5,182 nucleotides of DNA from Nitrososphaerota archaeon (GTDB lineage: Archaea > Thermoproteota > Nitrososphaeria > Nitrososphaerales > UBA57). Below, piece by piece: positions 4,695-5,182 of the stretch. Every line of letters starts with the position of its first letter. The stretch's first letter is position 1. Both the position numbers and the translations under genes were made by a program. The notes under the pieces were generated by a model that saw nothing but the letters and a program-made list of their open reading frames with translations, searched no databases and was not told the origin of the DNA. The stretch spans positions 1 through 5,182 of the forward strand of contig JACAFS010000060.1 in assembly GCA_013378385.1 (NCBI GenBank). The letters are read 5' to 3'.

Positions 4695-5182
4695 CCGTTA
4701 TCAGTACGTTCAGATTTAGGCATTGGTTTATGTTCTTTATTTGTATCAGGTTTATTATCAGGAATTGATCCATCTTCCATAGGACTTAGATCAGGATGTT
4801 TATTTGCAAAATCTGTAATTTTTGAAATAAATGAATCAGTAGAATCATTATTCTCAGGTTCCTCAAATAATTTAAAATCAGTGTGTTTATCATCATTTGA
4901 TGTTTCTATTTCACTTGCAGCGGCATGAGGACGTTCAGTAATAATAAATGGATGTGATTCAGGTTCAAATTCTGGATCAATAGGTACGATAGTAGGATGA
5001 ATTTCTTTATCTTCTGTAATAGTGTCAGGACCGTCTTCAATTATTTTATTCTGATTCATAAGTAATCCTGAATCAGGATTATAATCTGGTTCTACAATTG
5101 GTTCTGGTTCTACAATTGGTTCTGGTTCTACAATTGGTTCTGGTTCTACAATTGGTTCTGGTTCTACAATTGGTTCTGGTTC
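4673..5182 (-). CDS. Acidic Glu/Asp/Pro-rich low-complexity protein with N-proximal perfect (EPEPIV)n repeats. 5'-partial, since the ORF is open to the window edge.
   Basis: The track ORF starts at ATG 5059, but the same frame stays open for all 41 codons up to 5182. That stretch reads EP(EPIVEP)x5-DYNPDSGLL-MNQNK... The unique part contains a degenerate echo of the repeat (HPTIVPIDPEFEPESHP), which argues that the repeat is translated. Stop TAA at 4675-4673. There is no recognisable catalytic motif. Confidence 0.6.
   Translation of the reverse strand, partial: EPEPIVEPEPIVEPEPIVEPEPIVEPEPIVEPDYNPDSGLLMNQNKIIEDGPDTITEDKEIHPTIVPIDPEFEPESHPFIITERPHAAASEIETSNDDKHTDFKLFEEPENNDSTDSFISKITDFANKHPDLSPMEDGSIPDNKPDTNKEHKPMPKSERTDNGWKISFE
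5063..5081. repeat. Perfect inverted repeat TAATCCTG-AAT-CAGGATTA (8-bp arms, 3-nt centre), 3 nt upstream of the internal ATG at 5059 and at the junction of the repeat array with unique sequence
   Basis: Arms at 5063-5070 and 5074-5081 are exact reverse complements. The repeat lies in-frame within the open reading frame, encoding YNPDSGL. Confidence 0.8.
5087..5182. repeat. Perfect 18-bp tandem repeat TGGTTCTACAATTGGTTC, 5.3 copies, truncated by the window end
   Basis: Units at 5087-5104, 5105-5122, 5123-5140, 5141-5158 and 5159-5176, plus a partial unit at 5177-5182, with no mismatch. The internal substructure is TGGTTC / TACAAT / TGGTTC. The minus-strand translation is EPIVEP per unit. Confidence 0.95.

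Noticed and set aside
4673-4697. Programmed -1 ribosomal frameshift joining the acidic ORF to the permease
   Set aside because: There is no X-XXY-YYZ slippery heptamer in the zero frame (…GGT TGG AAA ATA…) and no obvious downstream stimulatory structure. The A4 run would favour +1 re-pairing, which is not the required shift. Only a genomic indel, gene-split or coupling explanation is retained.
4673-5059. The 128-aa model starting at ATG 5059, with the repeats upstream being non-coding
   Set aside because: The frame is open through all 41 upstream codons. The repeat encodes the same E/P/I/V-rich composition as the body, and a degenerate repeat copy lies inside the body. The nearby TTATAA (5079-5084) is only about 22 nt from the ATG, too close for a leaderless start. 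The model is not fully excluded, given the palindrome at 5063-5081.

Overview
Clearly AT-rich, very tightly packed window that reads as archaeal. My guess is a Nitrosopumilus-like thaumarchaeon. That is inference only, from an LDH-like malate dehydrogenase, an MJ0796/LolD-type ABC ATPase, TATA-like boxes about 27 nt upstream of start codons, oligo-T terminators and a C/D-box sRNA candidate. Supported content, left to right: (1) mdh (+, 184-1095). (2) A 53-aa AN1/HIT-like zinc-finger ORF that is absent from the supplied ORF track (-, 1085-1246). (3) A 192-aa orphan with a RecA/KaiC-like layout but a ruined P-loop (-, 1319-1897). It is divergent, across only 36 bp, from an 81-aa protein with two TM helices and a C-terminal zinc ribbon (+, 1934-2179). 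(4) A class V PLP aminotransferase (-, 2184-3359). (5) A 62-nt C/D-box sRNA candidate in the 141-bp gap (-, 3414-3475). (6) A minus-strand cluster of three genes: a 5'-truncated acidic Glu/Pro-rich protein with perfect (EPEPIV)n repeats (4673-5182), a minimal 4-TM FtsX-like permease with no extracytoplasmic domain (4170-4694), and its ABC ATPase (3501-4163). Both window edges are 18-bp tandem arrays, unrelated in sequence. The items most worth a second look are the non-canonical C/D sRNA, the hidden zinc-finger gene, and the stripped-down FtsX/ABC module with the EP-repeat protein. That protein's ORF overlaps the permease ORF by 22 nt and would fuse to it with a single extra A. No database search or folding could be run. 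All family assignments are motif-level reading of the translations.
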